From Vicugna vicugna (taxonomy: Eukaryota), in contig MU058065.1 of NCBI GenBank assembly GCA_013265495.1, positions 4,009,003-4,073,002 on the forward strand: a DNA stretch of 64,000 nucleotides, read 5' to 3'. Numbering within the stretch: position 1 is the first letter of the stretch; each line of letters starts with the position of its first letter. Shown piece by piece: positions 1 to 12,929 of the stretch. The notes under the pieces were generated by a model. It worked only from the letters and a program-made list of their open reading frames with translations. It had not been told where the DNA came from and ran no database searches. Position numbers and translations under genes: made by a program.

Positions 1-400
1 GGGAGGGCAGCATCCTGGAAGACTGAGCCTGAGCTGAATCCTGGCTTGACTTGTAGTTGACCAGGTGAGGGAGGGCTTGCGGAGGCTTCTGGGTGGAAAA
101 GAACAACAGTGCAAGTATGAGTGAGGAGGTGGTGGTGGTGTGCACTCATTGAACTGCCATGAGGTTTAGCAGAGGCAGTGTTTAGGTTGGGATGGAGAAC
201 AGAGCCAACAGATATGACTAGAAAAGCAAGCAGCAGTTACATGAGAAGCATGTTGTACATTACACTGACTTTGGACTTTAACTGGAGGCAATGGCTAACC
301 TCTAAAGGATGCTAAACATGATCAAAGTAATATATTAAAGGGACCACTCCTAGAGGCAGTATAGAGGCCAGAGGCTGGGAGACTAAAACCAAGGCTAAAT
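1..400 (-). mobile_element. L2 LINE fragment
   Basis: Purine-rich antisense L2 3' region motifs (gagctgaatcctgg, gactttggactttaactggaggcaatgg, catgatcaaag...accactc). Confidence 0.6.
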
Positions 401-1159
401 AATTTGGGGCAGGCACAAGTGTTCCATTCCTGCATCTCTAGGACCTAACCGATTTTTTTTTTTATTGAAAACAGGAATGAATAAAGGGGCTGCCACAGCA
501 ACTTTGGCAAGAAATAGGAAGGCTGGGATTAAGACAGTCATGGTGGGGATGGGAATCGTAAGGTGAATTCTCTGGACAGGAGAGCTTTGTCCAACTGCAC
601 GCGCCTTTCAGTTCATTAGCTCTTCTCTTTTTCATTCTGAACCACATCAAACATGTAACAGGATAGAAAATAAAGCTCACCACTTAGGATTAATACATCA
701 TAGTTACTTGCCCTCTTTTTCATGTCTTGAGTATTTTTCATCATGTGAGAATTTATCATTATTATTTGTAATTGTTTTATTATATAAAACCTGATCGAGA
801 TGACACACCATCATGTACTTCAGCATTTCTCTACTGAAATATGACATCTAAGCCCCTAGTCATTTTTGACAGATCTCTCTCTCAGAGAAGGATGCTGCAG
901 TAAAGAGCCTCAGACATAGCTGTGTCCTTGAGAAAGATCACTCTCCCCCCTTTATTGTCCATTTTGCTTAGTGTTTGTAGGAACTGGCATCTGGGGAAAG
1001 ACTGTTGTAGGCATAGTTGATGTAGACATACAGGCTATTTCTTGGTTGAAGGCTCTGAAAGAGGTGATTGCACCTGAAAGCCATCCCTAAAACAGTGACA
1101 CATTTTTCAGGAAAACATTTTTTTTTATTCTACAGATTTTAAAACCTGTTTTAAGATTG

Positions 1160-1250
1160 CATCCAGACTGTTTACATCTAGAATAGTGTATGGCACATAG
1201 CAGCTATTCGACATACATTTGTGGAAAGAAGGAATGAACAAATCAATCAA
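1160..1250 (+). mobile_element. L2 3' terminus
   Basis: tctagaatagtgtatggcacatagcagctattc...aaggaatgaac resembles the L2 tail. Confidence 0.6.
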
Positions 1251-1719
1251 AGGGAGCAAATGCAGACAGATCAATTAAAAAACCCAAAGCCCATTGCATG
1301 GGCGCTGATTTGTGCTCAATTTCCTAGGACACAGTTTCTTTAAAGAAATCATCATTTCTGCCAAGATCTGAAACATGATGGGAAGGTGTAGAAAGAAGTC
1401 AAATCATATTTAGAAGATAACAGTATGCTCAGTTTAGAAGAGATGTTTTGTTTCAAAGAGAAGAAAAGTCCACTAGAATTCTGTTGTATGTAATAGTGGG
1501 AATTAAGCTGATAAATTGCAAGAGGGTGGGGTTATTGAGGGGGGAGGCAGAGAGAGAGTCTGTATATAAACTTCATTCATTATGCAGAGGACCATGGGAG
1601 TAAGGTAGCGATCAGGGACCACAAAATTGCAGTTTAACGTTTGCTCTGCCACTAACTGTGAAATCTTAGGTAAACCAATTTTTTAAAAAAAAATATATAT
1701 GGTAAGAGCAGTTGGCAAT

Positions 1720-1937
1720 GTTCTAGTATTTTAGAGTTTAGGCTCTGGAAGCCACCAAACTTGGTTTCAAGACTTGCCACAAAGAACTATTTGCTAAACC
1801 TTTTCCAGTCTTTGTTTCCTCAGACAATGGTGAACAGAGTGCCTGCTTTATGAAGCTGTTATGAAGATTAAATGAACTAGTGTAAATTCCTGGTGCATAA
1901 TAACCTCTCAATAAATTCTGTCTGTATTTATTGTTAC
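1720..1937 (+). mobile_element. MIR SINE
   Basis: ggctctggaagcc...cagtctttgtttcctca...tgaagattaaatga...ctcaataaa MIR core and tail. Confidence 0.7.
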
Positions 1938-2067
1938 CTGATCTGAAATTCTGTCTGTAATTCTGTAGGATAGCTTAATTCATGTAGTGGTTGAACAAGG
2001 GACAAAGTCATTCCAACAGGAGACACACTGTCTGTATCCCTGTTTCAGGCAAACACTGTTTCCTGAC

Positions 2068-2232
2068 TCCCTTCTACTCAAAGTGCAACCTGTAGATTGG
2101 CATCAGAGTCACATGGGAGTTTCTAAGAAATGTAGACGCTCAGGCTCCATCCCAAACCTAATGAGTCAGAAGCTGCATTTTAACAAAGTCCCTGGGAGAT
2201 TTGTATGAACATTAACACTCCAGAAAGCTCTT
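2068..2232. mobile_element. MER5A hAT-Charlie MITE
   Basis: ctactcaaagtg...gcatcagagtcacatgggagtttctaagaaatgtagacgctcagg...cattttaacaaagtccctggg. Confidence 0.75.
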
Positions 2233-2354
2233 CTGTGCACCAGTCATTCTCCTTCTCCCTCTGAACTCCCGATTTTGCTATGAGTGCAGTGAGTTCAGCC
2301 CTGGAAGACGAATCCTGATCATGCTAAGCCGATCATGGCCCTCCTGCTTCCCTG

Positions 2355-3060
2355 AGGAACAGCATCAGAAGCATCAGAAGTAACATCATACATTGATAAT
2401 CCAGGAAAAAAATGACTTATGCACATGGTCTAATTGTTGACGTCTTTCATTATGCAATATTAAAAAGGCATATTTGTTTATACCACCACTGAGCCCATCA
2501 GAAAAAAATCTTCAAGTGTTAGGAAGCTGAGATGCTCCCAATGGCCAACACAAGGTTTCCAACATTCTTTCTTTCAAAATCTCAAATATTATCATCAGCA
2601 CTAAATCTTGTCAGTTACTTTCTTTGGAGTGGCAGGCTTATTTTAGATAATGTGTGTACCATCCCCAACTTGATCTGTTAATCATTCTCTCAAATTGAAA
2701 AAAAAAAAAAGCTATGGAAAATGTGGCTGGTTTAACTTGTAATTTAATCCCATGAGTGTTCTTCCTTGAGGTAACCATCCTACTTTGGGTTACGCAGCAG
2801 AAATGCTTTATGCATAGACCCTATTTTATTACAGAGAATATTTAAAAAGCACATGTACTTATGGTCAATATTTAATAAAATTAATAATTTTTACTGCTTC
2901 ACCACGGTCTTTCCAAAGTGAAACTGGCATATTTTTACTGCAAATGTGTGTCAGAGGATAATTCAATGTTTGGTACTATTACCTTCATTGATGCTGAGTT
3001 ACCAGCCATTATAAAAATAATTTTGAACTCGGTGGCTTTCTATGACACACTATTGGCGTG
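2355..3060 (-). mobile_element. Charlie1-type hAT DNA transposon with degenerate transposase remnant
   Basis: tttaataaaattaataatttttactgcttca and flanks match Charlie1; the minus strand near 2760-2820 reads ~SMHKAFLL..VGWLPQGR, like hAT transposase STHKALLLHTEVRWLSRGK. Confidence 0.8.
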
Positions 3061-3249
3061 AATGGTGTGGTATTGGTTTTAAGGAGAACTAGGTGGCATC
3101 ACCAGGTGTGCAGCAACAGAGCATCCCGACTCCTGGTCCCAGGCTGAGACGTGAGTTCCGAAGGAAGGCTCCGTATAGCGCAAACGTCATCTTTCTCAAC
3201 CTTCCCCGTTCTCCTTTCTTCCCATAATGGATGTGTTAGGCTTAACTAC

Positions 3250-3487
3250 ACTCACGGAGTGGTCCAGACCAAGGACTCTGTGAAGTCAGCCAGTTTGGGC
3301 TCTGCTTTGTATTAACTGCAAGTTAACAAATTAACGTCATTGTTCTTACTACAGTTTTTGCATTTGTGAAATGGTGATAACTATTAGTTTTTTGTGAGGA
3401 CTAAGAATTAATGATACAAAGTACTTAGAACTCTCTTGAACATTGTCAATGATCAGTGAGTGTTAGTTGTTGTTACTATTATTATTT
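3250..3487 (+). mobile_element. MIR SINE
   Basis: cagtttttgcatttgtgaaatggtgataac...aagtacttagaac...gttagttgttgttactattattatt. Confidence 0.7.
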
Positions 3488-3719
3488 CATAATTTACTCC
3501 TTCGAGTGAAATTTGCATGTTAGCCAGGAATATTTTGTTCACTATTGTTGAATATCCAATGAGAGTTTCAGGCATAGTCAGCAAGCAGGTTTTTTTTGTT
3601 GTTGTTGTTCATTTTTAGGGTCTAGTTTTGGGGGAGGACAGAGGTTTCAGAGTCCCTGAAACCGTCCATGGGATTCTAGTTACTCATATTAAATGATGGT
3701 GTTAATAATATTCAGCCAG

Positions 3720-3845
3720 CACTATACTCCCAGAGAGTTCCATGAGGAGGTAGCTATGTTCTTGTTCACTTTTTCTGCCCTGCTCACGAACGCTCACAGC
3801 AATTTGCATAGGCTGGAGCCCTGATAAACGCTAGTCAACTATGCA
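3720..3845 (+). mobile_element. L2 3' terminus
   Basis: gagttccatgaggaggtagctatgttcttgttcact... resembles the L2 tail. Confidence 0.5.
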
Positions 3846-5084
3846 TCCTCAAAAGAAAAAAACATCCATTTGCAAATGAACTGCTCCTTGGAAAAAATGA
3901 TTCTCCAAAAGCAATAGTTCCTGAGTAAATCTTTTTTTTTTTTTAAGAAAAGAAAACTTGAAATGATGTGTCTTCTGGCTATAGCACCCCGCAGTACACA
4001 GTGTGAGAATGCTACCGCTCTCCAGCCCCTTCAGAGGCTGAAAAAGCAGCTGTTTGCTGCATAAAAAAAAAGAAAGGCTTAAAAACGATTTCCCCACAAA
4101 AGAAAGTCGAAGTTATTGCATGTATTCGTATTCGTCTCTGCTCCAGCAGAGAATGGCTTCTATAATTGTATTTTGGGAACTCTCTTGGTAGAGAAAGATT
4201 TATAGTTTTTTTTGCTTACCAAAAAACTATTTCTATTTTAAAATATAGACTCTCCGCAAGTGTCACCCTGAAGAATTAGGTCTGCTGGACTATTTTGTTA
4301 CATTTGAGGAGATAAAAAAGCAGGCGGCAGTTACACTATTAAGCCACAGCCACCGAGCTGCCGCTCTCCACCTCATCACTCAAGACTCTCTTTAGTTCAA
4401 TTATACACCTCTACAGCTAAGGAAGATAGATGGAGGTCATTTGGGAGCTGTAAACCACAATGCCTTGAATGCAGAACTATGTTTTTAAACTGATTTACAC
4501 CTTGTTCTCCAGTGTTCTACAGCGGGGGCTTGGATTGAAATGCAGGAGCCATGATTGAAAAGGTTTTTTCTTGGTTTTAGCATCACAGTCCACGCTGGCT
4601 GGCAATTATTACCTCCATTAAATGCCAAGGGACAATGAACGTCGCCTTCCTTACTGCAGGGATAGCAGCAAAACCATACCAGACCATAAGGGAAATAGAG
4701 GCTTGGTCAGAATATCCTTGGGGGAAGAAGGAAGGACATTTACATCTCCTGGAAGTTTTAACTCGATCGTGTGGATTGGCCCAGTGAGAAAAGAACTGAG
4801 TAATTGAAAGGGGCAATTTGCTTTTCCAGCGTTGACAAAAATACCGTCATGCTGCTCTGATTTAACTCACATGTATCTCCCAGTGTGAAAGAGGTAAAAT
4901 GTGCTAAAGGAAGTTAATTATACAAGGCAAATCCACATGAAGCTTCTCCCGGAGAAATGAAAGATCTTTCTAAATTTGGAGGAAGTGTATTTTACTTTCC
5001 GGTAGCTGCTGCTTCCTTTACTGTCCTGGGTTCAACTTCTGTAACTTCTTTGCTAGCTGTTCTTCAGGGTCACTTCAGATCATC

Positions 5085-5298
5085 CTTTTTTTTTTTTTTT
5101 TTTAACTTTTTTTCCCTATTTTTTAAAATCCTTTTTTTTTTTGTTCACTCTTTTTGTTTGTCTTTTATGGGGAGCAGTAATTAGGTTGGTTTGTTTATTT
5201 ATTTATTTATTATTTTTGTAATAGAGGTACAGGGGGTTGAACCCAGGACCTCTTGCATGCTAAGCATGTGCTCTACCGCTGAGCTCTACCCACTGACC
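5085..5298 (-). mobile_element. Camelid tRNA-Ala-derived SINE (vic-1 type)
   Basis: Reverse complement gtagagctcagcggtagagcacatgcttagcatgcaagaggtcctgggttcaaccccc is a tRNA-Ala(AGC)-like head with Pol III A/B boxes, followed by (AAAT)n, cctaattac and an A-rich tail. Confidence 0.9.
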
Positions 5299-6114
5299 AC
5301 ATTAAAGAAATAAAATAACAACAACAAACAAGAAAATGTGTTTATAAGAAAGTGCTTCTCTCCTTCCCCTTCCTCTGTCTGAAGTTGAATAGAAGAACGT
5401 GTCAAGAAATAGTTTTCACCGCCCCAGAGTTTATCCTAATGGCTCACCAGGAACAAAACAACCCAGATTCTTCAGTTATATGTGTCTCCATTGGACATAT
5501 ATCCACCATGCCAAAGAGTTCCATAGAAGTTCTCACCTGAATGAAAGGCTATAAAAATTTTATTCCCACTGATAATGTTTCTATTTGGAAAAATAGATCT
5601 TTTCAAGAACCTACTTGAGGCCAGTACAGAGTCAATCCTGTTTCCTTCTCAGAAGAAAATAGTAATTGAATTCATGTCATATACCAGGTATGCTGTGATG
5701 TAGTCTCTCTGTGTAAGTTAATCTTAAGTTAGATTCTTTTTTTTTTATGAGATGGTATTTATGAACTTCCTTAAACTCCTGACAGCCTCAAAAACAGTGG
5801 ACTTAAGAAACATTTCATTAACACTTAAAGTTAGCTCAGACATACTGCTGAGCTGTAGAAGGTATTTCGAAGGGCTCGATATTTTATGGCCATCTTAATG
5901 GTGCCTTATAAAAGAGCTGAAACATTCTAGCCTTTGGATCCAGTATGTCTCATGGAATGCTGTAAGTAGAGACTCAAATGGGAAATCTTCCCATTCTGAA
6001 CATTTCCCTGTAAAATTCTATGCATGGCTATTAATGAAGAATCTACCAGTCATAATTTGAACACCTACTATGAGCTTTATTGGATTTTTCTTTGTTAACC
6101 TCATTTTGTACGAT

Positions 6115-6495
6115 GCTTCTCCTTCCAGACCACACTTTAGCTGCACTGGCCTTTCTGTTCCTAAGACATGGAAAGCTGGCCCATAAGTGCCTTCTGCTTG
6201 GAACATTCTTCCCCCAAATATATATAGAGCTAGTTCCTGTTCACCTTTGGACTGAACTTAAAAGTCCTTCCAGAAGTCTGCTGTGACCACCGCTACCCCA
6301 GTCACTCCCCTTCACATTACCATGTTTACTGTTAAGTTCCTTGATGCCTTCATCACCATCTGAAATAGTTTGGCTTATTTGTGTTTATTATTTGTTTCTT
6401 TCTTAACATAAACTCCTCGAGTTTAAAAACTGTGTCTTCTTGTTTACAATCCTGGCATGGTAGGCATGCAACAATTATTGGAATGGATGAATGAT
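6115..6495 (+). mobile_element. L2 3' region
   Basis: ctgcactggcctttctgttcct...ttctgcttggaacattcttccccc...cctggcatggtaggcatgcaac...gaatggatgaatga. Confidence 0.8.
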
Positions 6496-6589
6496 AGGTT
6501 TCAGAAACTTTGGGAAAGTAGTAATTATTAAGACAGTGAATATTACTGAGTAGTTAAAAAGAGCAAGAAATCTTTAAACATTGACACTG

Positions 6590-6830
6590 AAACCATCCTT
6601 GAGTATTTGTTATATGGGAAAACAAATTTTGGAATAATTCCTTTAAGAGGGCATATTCCATTTTAATAAAAAAGAAAGCAATATATATTTATACACGAAT
6701 TAGTATGTAGCTAGAACACAATTTAGAAAAACATTTTTCTAAATAGTAATTATTTCTGGGAGAAGGAATCATGTGGGCTTATATTTTCTAAATTATAGTT
6801 ATCTATAATATTTCAGCTTTTACAGTGAAT
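6590..6830 (+). mobile_element. Old L1 (L1ME-like) 3' UTR
   Basis: aatagtaattatttctgggagaaggaatcatg...ttttacagtgaatat resembles the L1ME end. Confidence 0.5.
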
Positions 6831-7052
6831 ATCCATGTATTCAACAAATAGCTATTGATTATCTACTATGTCCCTGGATTATTCTTGATGTTGATTAGTG
6901 CGTTAATGAACAAACTGAAGTCCCACCTTCACAGAACCTCCATTCTATTGAGGAAAATAGATCCAATGAAGAAAAACAAGGCCAAGTTGGTACACAAAAA
7001 GAAACAGGGAAAGGGCCACTATTTTGGATATGGTTGTCAGAAGAGATCTCTT

Positions 7053-7655
7053 TCTTTTTTTAATTGAAGTATAGTCAATTTACAATGTTGTGTTAATTTC
7101 TAGTGTAAAGCATAGTGATTCATTTATATACATATATGTATTCCTTTTAATATTCTTTTTCATTATAGACCATTACAAGGTGTTGAATATAGTTCCCTGT
7201 GCTATACAGTAGGACTGTGCTTTTTATTTTACATATAGTAGTTAGTATCTATGAATCCCAAACTCCCACTATATCTCTCCCTACCCTGTTTCCTCCCTAG
7301 TAACCATAAGTTTATTTTTTTTGTAAGTCTGTCTCTGCTTTGTAAATAAGTTCATTTATGTACATTTTTGTAGATTCCATATATGTGACATCATATGATA
7401 TTAGTATTTCTCTGTCTGATTTACTTCACTTAATATCATAATCTCTAGGTCCATCCATGTTGCTGCAAATGGCATTATTTCATTCTTTTTATGGCTGAGT
7501 AGTATTCCACTGTATGTAAGTAACACACACATCTATATCTTCTTTATCCAACTATCTGTCAATGGACATTTAGGTTGTTTCTATGTCTCGGCTATTGTAA
7601 ATAGTGCTACTATGAACATTGGGGTGCATGTATCTTTTCAAATTAGAGTTTTTTC
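7053..7655 (-). mobile_element. 5'-truncated L1 (camelid/artiodactyl-type 3' end)
   Basis: tttttaattgaagtatagtcaatttacaatgttgtg...ccatccatgttgctgcaaatggc...; degenerate TSD cagaagagatctcttt / cagaaaagacatcttt. Confidence 0.9.
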
Positions 7656-7706
7656 CAGAAAAGACATCTTTGATGAGGTGACATTTGAGCAAAGACTTAA
7701 ATACAG

Positions 7707-8102
7707 TATATCAGTCAGGAGAGTCCTGGTTATGCTGAAGTAACCAACAACCACAAACTTCAATGGTTTAGAGCAACAAAGGAGAATTTGTTTCTCACCC
7801 TCAGCATTGATGTCCAGCTTGGGTTGTTGAGGGTTCCACAGCCATCATGCAGTAATCCTGGCTGACAGGGGCTCTGCCATCCTGTAGCAGTGCCACCTGG
7901 AACACGTTGCCCTCCTGATCATGACAACCAGAGAGCTGAAGGCTGGAGAGTCAAATAGCACAACTCAATTCGACTAGTCTTCACTTTGAAGTAACGTGTC
8001 TCTTCTATTCACAGGTCATTGGCCTATCATCAAAGTAATCTTTTGGGTACTTGGAGGTAAAAGAGAACCAGAGATTAGTGAACACCTGTGATATTTACTG
8101 TA
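7707..8102 (-). mobile_element. MaLR LTR (MLT1K/J-like)
   Basis: tcagtcagg...ggttatgctgaagtaaccaacaaccacaaacttcaatggtttagagcaacaaagg is the reverse of an MLT1 3' end. Confidence 0.7.
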
Positions 8103-9244
8103 AAGAGTAAGCCATATCAGTATCTGGAGGAAGAGTCTTCAAGTAAAAGGGACAGAAATTGCAAAGGCCCTGAGGTGTGTATGTGTTTGCTGTGTTCCAT
8201 GAAGGTAGACACAATGACTAGAGTACAGTAAGCTAAGGGGAGAAGGGTAGATGTCAGATCAGGTAAGATCGTATAGCCTATCATTATTATTCCAAGCATG
8301 ATGGAAAACCACTGGGAGAGATTCGAGCCTGGGTGTGATGTTTTCCAATTAATGAATCACTCCTGTTATCACAAAAAGGCAGCAACAGAGAGGTAACTAT
8401 AATAAACAAAAAGAATGAGAGACTGTGGAAGGGGAAAGAAGAGTCACTAATCAGTTGGGTAAATAAGAGAGAGACCCAAACGATATAAAGTGGCAGGCAG
8501 TTCCAGGGTTTTGATTGCTCATGAATAAATCCCTCAGCAATTTTTTTAACACCAGCTGAAGCCCTAGAATGTCAAAAGACACAAAAAGAATATGAGCTCC
8601 TTTAATACGGGTAAACAAATTAATTAAGTATGCACAGATGGCTGTTGCACAGAGCAGGTGATAGGGCAGCTTTCAATTGAGGATGCCCAGAAGCTGCTGT
8701 TAGTACCACTTAGGGGAAAAAACCCATAGGTCCTTTGAGAAGCTCTTTGTCATTTTAATAGGGACTTTATAGTCGCTAGTCCCTCCTCAGTGTTTCTGGA
8801 GACTGTGGGTATACGTGTGCCTTGTTGCTAAACCCAAGTAACAGAAAACAACCCTGGTATATATTTGGTAAATTTCTGAGAGCTTAAGGTGAATCAACGC
8901 TCAGCTTCCCAGGTTCACATTGCTAAGCATCCTGTCTCATTAGTAGACCTTCAGGCTTGAGTCTATTCCTGCAATGATTAAGAGAAATTCTAAAGGGCAG
9001 ATTGTGCTGTAGGAACATAAATTACCAGGAATGGGAGAAATCAGACATCCTCCGGGCCTGGCAGCCAATGTGTGGTATATTTAAAAGCAAAGCAAGAAAT
9101 TCAGCATTCCAAACGAAGGGCCCAGAGGCAAGGAAAAAATCAACCTGTTTGTGGAACATGACACCTGGCTCTCCTTTTAGTGGTAAGATCATCTATTCCT
9201 TTCAGCAAATTGGACACTTCCTGCTTTCCTTTCTACTTCCACAG

Positions 9245-9780
9245 AAAGGCATCACTGAATCTTGTAAATACCTCCTAAATATTTCTCACATTAGTCTATT
9301 CATTTTTATCTCCACTTTCCATCTCACTCCCATTCCAGCCCAAAGCCCCAGCATCTTTTGCCCAAACTACAACTTTGCTTCCTAACTGATCTCTGATCTC
9401 CACTCTTGTCTGATTCCCAATCCCCATGCAACAAGTAGGTGCAAGTTTTCCTCATCCAAATCAAACTGTGTCTGCCTCTTTTCTTAAACCTTTTGGTACC
9501 TTTCTATTGTTTTCAGATAAAAATCAAAATTTTAGTTTGTAAAATAAATGATTTACAAGCAGTTGTTGGGTCTAGCTCTTAATGATTTTCTTCCACATGC
9601 TACGTGCTACTCTTCGTCTTCTCCGTCAAATTCTCAGCCAGTGAATTTCAGCCATACCCTTCTCCTTGCTCTTTAAGGAGATCCACTAAATCTCTTCCAA
9701 GACCTAGAATAGCCTGCCCGCCCTATAGTTCTTCCCCACCTGCTCTCTGTTTATGTGGCTAAGTTCTATTCAAGGATTGC
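9245..9780 (+). mobile_element. L2 fragment
   Basis: tacctcctaaatatttctcac...ttcctaactgatctctgatctccactctt...aaaccttttggtacctttctattg. Confidence 0.7.
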
Positions 9781-9789
9781 TGTCTCTCT

Positions 9790-11400
9790 TTCAATTTCTC
9801 TCTGTTATTTAATTTGTACTTCTTTTTAGAAAGTACAATTGCCCAAAATTTATCAATTCTTCAACATCTTTGAGATTTCCTCTGTCGTACAACGTGCATT
9901 CAATTTTTAGATACGTTCCAAGTGTGCTTTAAAAAACAGGTATTCTCTGTTAGGTGGAGTATTTATAAATATTTATTGACAGGCTAATAAATTATATTGT
10001 TAAATAATACTTATATTTAATTTAGCTTTACCTATTACTAAAATAATTATATTAAGATCTCCCACTGTGAGTATGGATATGTCCAATTTCTTGTTGTGAT
10101 CCTCTCAGTTTTTGCTTTACTTTTTTGAGCTCCTGCTGTTAGGTGCATATCAGTTAGGAATTTTTTAATAAAATTTTCTTTTTATCATGGTGTATTGCTC
10201 TTCTGCATCTCTTAAAATGCTTTTTAAAATGATAATGTTTTTTCTTTAAAGCCATTTTTAAGTTGCTCATTTGAAGGTACTCTGTCTTCTTCATGTTTGC
10301 TTCTAAGATTGAACTTTACCTTTGGTATTTTGGAATTCTACTATAAGTCAAGGGGTAGGTTACTATTCATTTGTCCTTCAAGTGAATTATTTTGTTTTCT
10401 TAATCTGAGAATTAATTTCTTTGGTCAGCTTTGGAAATCTTTCATTCTTATCTTGGAAAATTACCTTTTTCATTCTCTCTTCTCTCTTTTTTCAGAAACT
10501 CTACTAACAGATCCTAGACTTTCTCATTCTGCCTTATATATACTTTAACTTTATTTTTATAATTTTTATTTCTTTATGTCTCTGAACTTCATTTTGTGCA
10601 ATTATATTTTCCAGTTGACCAGCCCCTTCAGTTTTTGTATCTAACATTATATTCAACCTATTTACTGAATTTTTCATTCCAAAGACTTTGTTGTTTGTTT
10701 TTGTTTTTTTCCTAGAAATATCATGTGGTTCTTTATTCTACTGCTCTTTTGTTTATACTGCTTCATCTATTTTTAGACTCTTGATTTTTTTTTCTGTCTT
10801 CAGCCATTTTAAACATCCTTATTTGATATTCCCTTTTGATTTTTGTTCTATTTTCTCAAGTTCATGAAATTCTAGTCCTGCTGTTTATTGAGTTGCCTTT
10901 GCCATTACTTTTCTCATAGCATAGCCTTGCCCCTGGAAAGATGCTTTGTGACCTTTTCTTAAGAAGCATTTTGTATTACTTCTTCTAGGACCTACCTTGG
11001 ATATCACTGTGCAAGGATCAATTTTTATGTTATATTCTTAAACTAGGGCTTATCAGAGCATGAGAGTATATAATATCAAGGAAAACATAAACTTTCTTCT
11101 TGTCTACCTAAGCCAATGCACAACTTTTTTCAGCTCTATCCTTTCATGAAGGGTATAGTTGTTTGAGAATCTTGGCTTTATGTGTATGTGTGTGCGGGGA
11201 TTTAAGTTCCAACTCTCTGCCTTAACCAAACCCAGGGATAAAAACCCATACCTCTTGGTCACAAATCCTATGGTTCCTATCAGTCTGCTTATCCTCAGTG
11301 CAGCTGCAGTGTAATTATACTTGCTAACCATTCTGATGTTCAATATTCTTTTTCTTTTCAGATAAGAATGTAAAATATATCTTTCTTTATTTGAATTTGG
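9790..11400 (-). mobile_element. Ancient L1 (L1M/L1ME) endonuclease and ORF1-region remnant
   Basis: T-rich; aagatctcccactgtgagtatggatatgtccaatttc...ctgttaggtgcata is antisense L1 endonuclease-region sequence. Confidence 0.65.
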
Positions 11401-11439
11401 CTATATGTATAAAATGTTCATCATCTGTGGTGCATCACA

Positions 11440-12530
11440 TGGTGTTGTGAAAATGAGGAAAGCCACTGTGAACTGATGTGGAATGATTTCCTGAATAAAT
11501 TGTTAAATAAAAGAACAAAGTACAAAAATAAAACACATGTTATGCTATATTTTATATAGAAAAAAAGAAAAGAAAAATGCATAAATAAATCTGTATATGT
11601 GCATGCAGGCAGGCTCTTATTTTTGCAAGAGGAAACATGGGTCGGAAAATTCAGATTCTAATTCAAAATGGTTTTATCTATGAGGGTAACTAGTCATGTG
11701 GAGGAAGGGCTAAGGATTGTAGTGAGAGATCTCCAGTATATGTTTTTTATATAATTTTGACTTTCAAAATATGCAAATGTTTTACACATTCAAAAATCAC
11801 AGTAAATAAAAAAGTTAAAAGGGCCAACTCTAAAATTTAATATATGTGGGAACAAATGAAGATAAGCTGTATGCCAAACTGATAGCATAATCACACAGAT
11901 AAAATAATTAATTCAAATAATTTTTCCACACAATAATCTAATCATATATCCATAATGGGTTATAGTCTAAGGTTAAAGAAATTGAAAAAAACCTTGAACT
12001 TTAGGTAGAAGATTTTTTTGGTAATAGTATTGGTGCTGTCAAGATGCAACAATTTTCCATACATCATAGAACAAAACAAACAAGAAAATACATTTATGTT
12101 GTTAGAAATCAGCATTTTAACTGCAGGAGAAGAAGACACAAATATGAATGAAGAAAGATAAGATAAGAAAGAATCCTATAATGCTGCATCTTAATGCGTC
12201 CATATGGATTCATAATTTGTAACAGTTAATTCTTCCATCTGTCCGCTGAAAGGCTCAAGAAGTAGTGACATCCAGTAGGAATGAGGGCAGTAAGTGCCCG
12301 CATCTTGCTTTCCAAACATCTTTCCCCAACTATGTTCTATGCTTCTGTGGATCTGGAGAAATTTGAAAAAACATACACCAAAGTGTTCACAGTGATAATG
12401 GAGTAGGGAGGGTGGGCAGTGAGCAGACTGGAAAAAAAAAAAAGGAGAACATCTTTGATAGATTGACTTGTTGTCATGACCAAGAACTACTTTTGCAATT
12501 TACAAATTCTAATGATGTGCATAAAAACAA
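11440..12530 (+). mobile_element. Old L1 3' UTR (L1MC/ME-like)
   Basis: gcataatcacacaga...taattcaaataatttt...ccttgaacttt...ggtaatagtattggtg resembles the L1MC4-group 3' UTR. Confidence 0.65.
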
Positions 12531-12639
12531 TATACACACAATGAAAAGAGGACCATGTTTGTGTTTTTTAAACAAGGAAACAAAATAAATCTCAATCTTC
12601 TTTTGATTTTATTTTTGTGTATGTTTGCTAGGTTTTAAT

Positions 12640-12750
12640 TTCTTTAATTTTTCTATTGAAGTACAGCTAATTTAAAATGTTGTGTTAGCTTCTGGTGTAC
12701 AGCAAAGGGATTCAGTCATATATATATATATATATATATTCTTTTTCATT
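12640..12750 (-). mobile_element. Very short L1 3' end containing (TA)n
   Basis: attgaagtacagctaatttaaaatgttgtgttagcttctggtgtacagcaaagggattcagt, the same terminus as the 7053 element. Confidence 0.8.
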
Positions 12751-12929
12751 TAAATTTTTATTGAATGCATTACAAGCTGAAATTTAAAATATGCTTATGT
12801 TAATGAGTTATTTCATGCCATTCAAAGACATACAAAGGCTATCTCCTCTGCTCCACCTCCCTTACCCCTGCCTCTTGGACATTACAAGTAACAGCATGGT
12901 GCACATCTCTATATGTCTTTTTCTCAGTC

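Larger units (their letters stand above)
6830..8370 (-). mobile_element. L2 fragment interrupted by an L1 and an MLT1 LTR
   Basis: L2 antisense tail tattcaacaaatagctattgattatctactatgtcc; collinear continuation at ~7660-7705 and ~8103-8370. Confidence 0.75.

Noticed and set aside
3088..3101. CTCF-like actaggtggcatc
   Set aside because: Lacks the conserved 5' CC of the core motif.
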